From IMG/VR virus record IMGVR_UViG_3300037439_000120, positions 1 to 33,011 of that record: a DNA stretch of 33,011 bases, one strand, 5' to 3'. Every line of letters begins with the position of its first letter. The first letter of the stretch is position 1. A model generated the notes under the pieces. It made no database searches. It was not told the origin of the DNA and saw only the letters and a program-made list of their open reading frames with translations. This document shows, piece by piece, positions 32,692 to 33,011 of this stretch. This DNA is from a virus. Lineage: Duplodnaviria; Caudoviricetes. The position numbers and the translations under genes were made by a program.

Positions 32692-32723
32692 AAAACGATG
32701 AGACCCGCTCAGTGGCGGGCCTC
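32692..32723 (-). terminator. terminator-like hairpin downstream of the tRNA
   Basis: GAGGCCCGC-CACTGA-GCGGGTCTC followed by ATCGTTTT on minus. Confidence 0.55.
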
Positions 32724-32730
32724 GGGTGAT

Positions 32731-32806
32731 TGGTAGCAGCGGCTGGAATCAAACCAGCTCCCTTCGGCTTATGAGGCCGACGTGGTATCGGTCCACTACA
32801 GCTGCT
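32731..32806 (-). tRNA. tRNA with CAT anticodon (Met or Ile2), atypical
   Basis: AGCAGC(T)G acceptor/CGCTGCT-A-CCA; D stem GTGG/CCAC; anticodon stem TCGGC-CTCATAA-GCCGA; T arm GCTGG-TTTGATT-CCAGC; 76 nt. Confidence 0.8.
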
Positions 32807-32842
32807 ATGGGCCGTGCGCAAGGAACAATTTTGACCGTAGCA

Positions 32843-33010
32843 CTAGTTGTAGCCGCACCCCGTCGATTTTGCAAGAACGACAGCAAGTTTTTTCCGCGCC
32901 CGTCGTAACCGCTCGCTAAATGCATCTGGCGTGATACCCAGCATTTCGGCCTTCTTTTTGTGGCTGAAGTCCTCGTTGCAGACGTACCCGATGGCGTAGG
33001 CCGCGAAGAT
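32843..33010 (-). CDS. Q-antiterminator / sigma region-4-like HTH late regulator, C-terminal part (5' truncated)
   Basis: Manual translation ...FSHKKKAEMLGITPDAFSERLRRARKKLAVVL...*, an HTH; located directly upstream of the late operon. Confidence 0.65.
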   Translation of the reverse strand: MFAAYAIGYVCNEDFSHKKKAEMLGITPDAFSERLRRARKKLAVVLAKSTGCGYN

Positions 33011-33011
33011 T

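Noticed and set aside
32618-32821. N-terminal 68 aa of the 458-aa ORF
   Set aside because: This stretch is the tRNA and hairpins; the real start is ATG 32617 with GGAGGT and a signal peptide.
32846-32874. pR'-like late promoter TTGCAA-17-TACAAC on minus
   Set aside because: Position is plausible, but the -10 lacks the conserved final T; too weak to call without TSS data.

Overview
This window is the late (morphogenesis and lysis) region of a P22-like podovirus or prophage, read almost entirely on the minus strand. From right to left it holds: a partial Q/sigma-4-like HTH regulator, an atypical tRNA(CAT), a secreted malectin-FN3 protein, an antisense acyltransferase-3 moron, a putative head spike/fibre module (including an RcGTA Rcc01079-like spike base), terS, a terL split in two by an HNH gene, portal, an RHH-led moron cassette, scaffold, the major capsid gene, two paralogous Thr-rich decoration genes, a glycosyltransferase-methyltransferase fusion, gp4/gp10/needle-like tail genes, a 2OG-Fe(II) oxygenase, three ejection proteins, an antisense HNH, two tail proteins with homologous N-termini, and a lysis cassette with an M15 peptidase endolysin. 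The major capsid gene is interrupted by an 870-nt group I intron (16884..17753) carrying an HNH ORF; the splice sites, IGS/P1/P10 and P7 can be read directly, and splicing restores a 399-aa coat protein. The main leads are the capsid intron, the intron-less split terminase, a candidate capsid glycosylation/modification system, and a tRNA-shaped non-tRNA RNA inside the lysis cassette. All family assignments come from motif recognition and gene order, not database searches.
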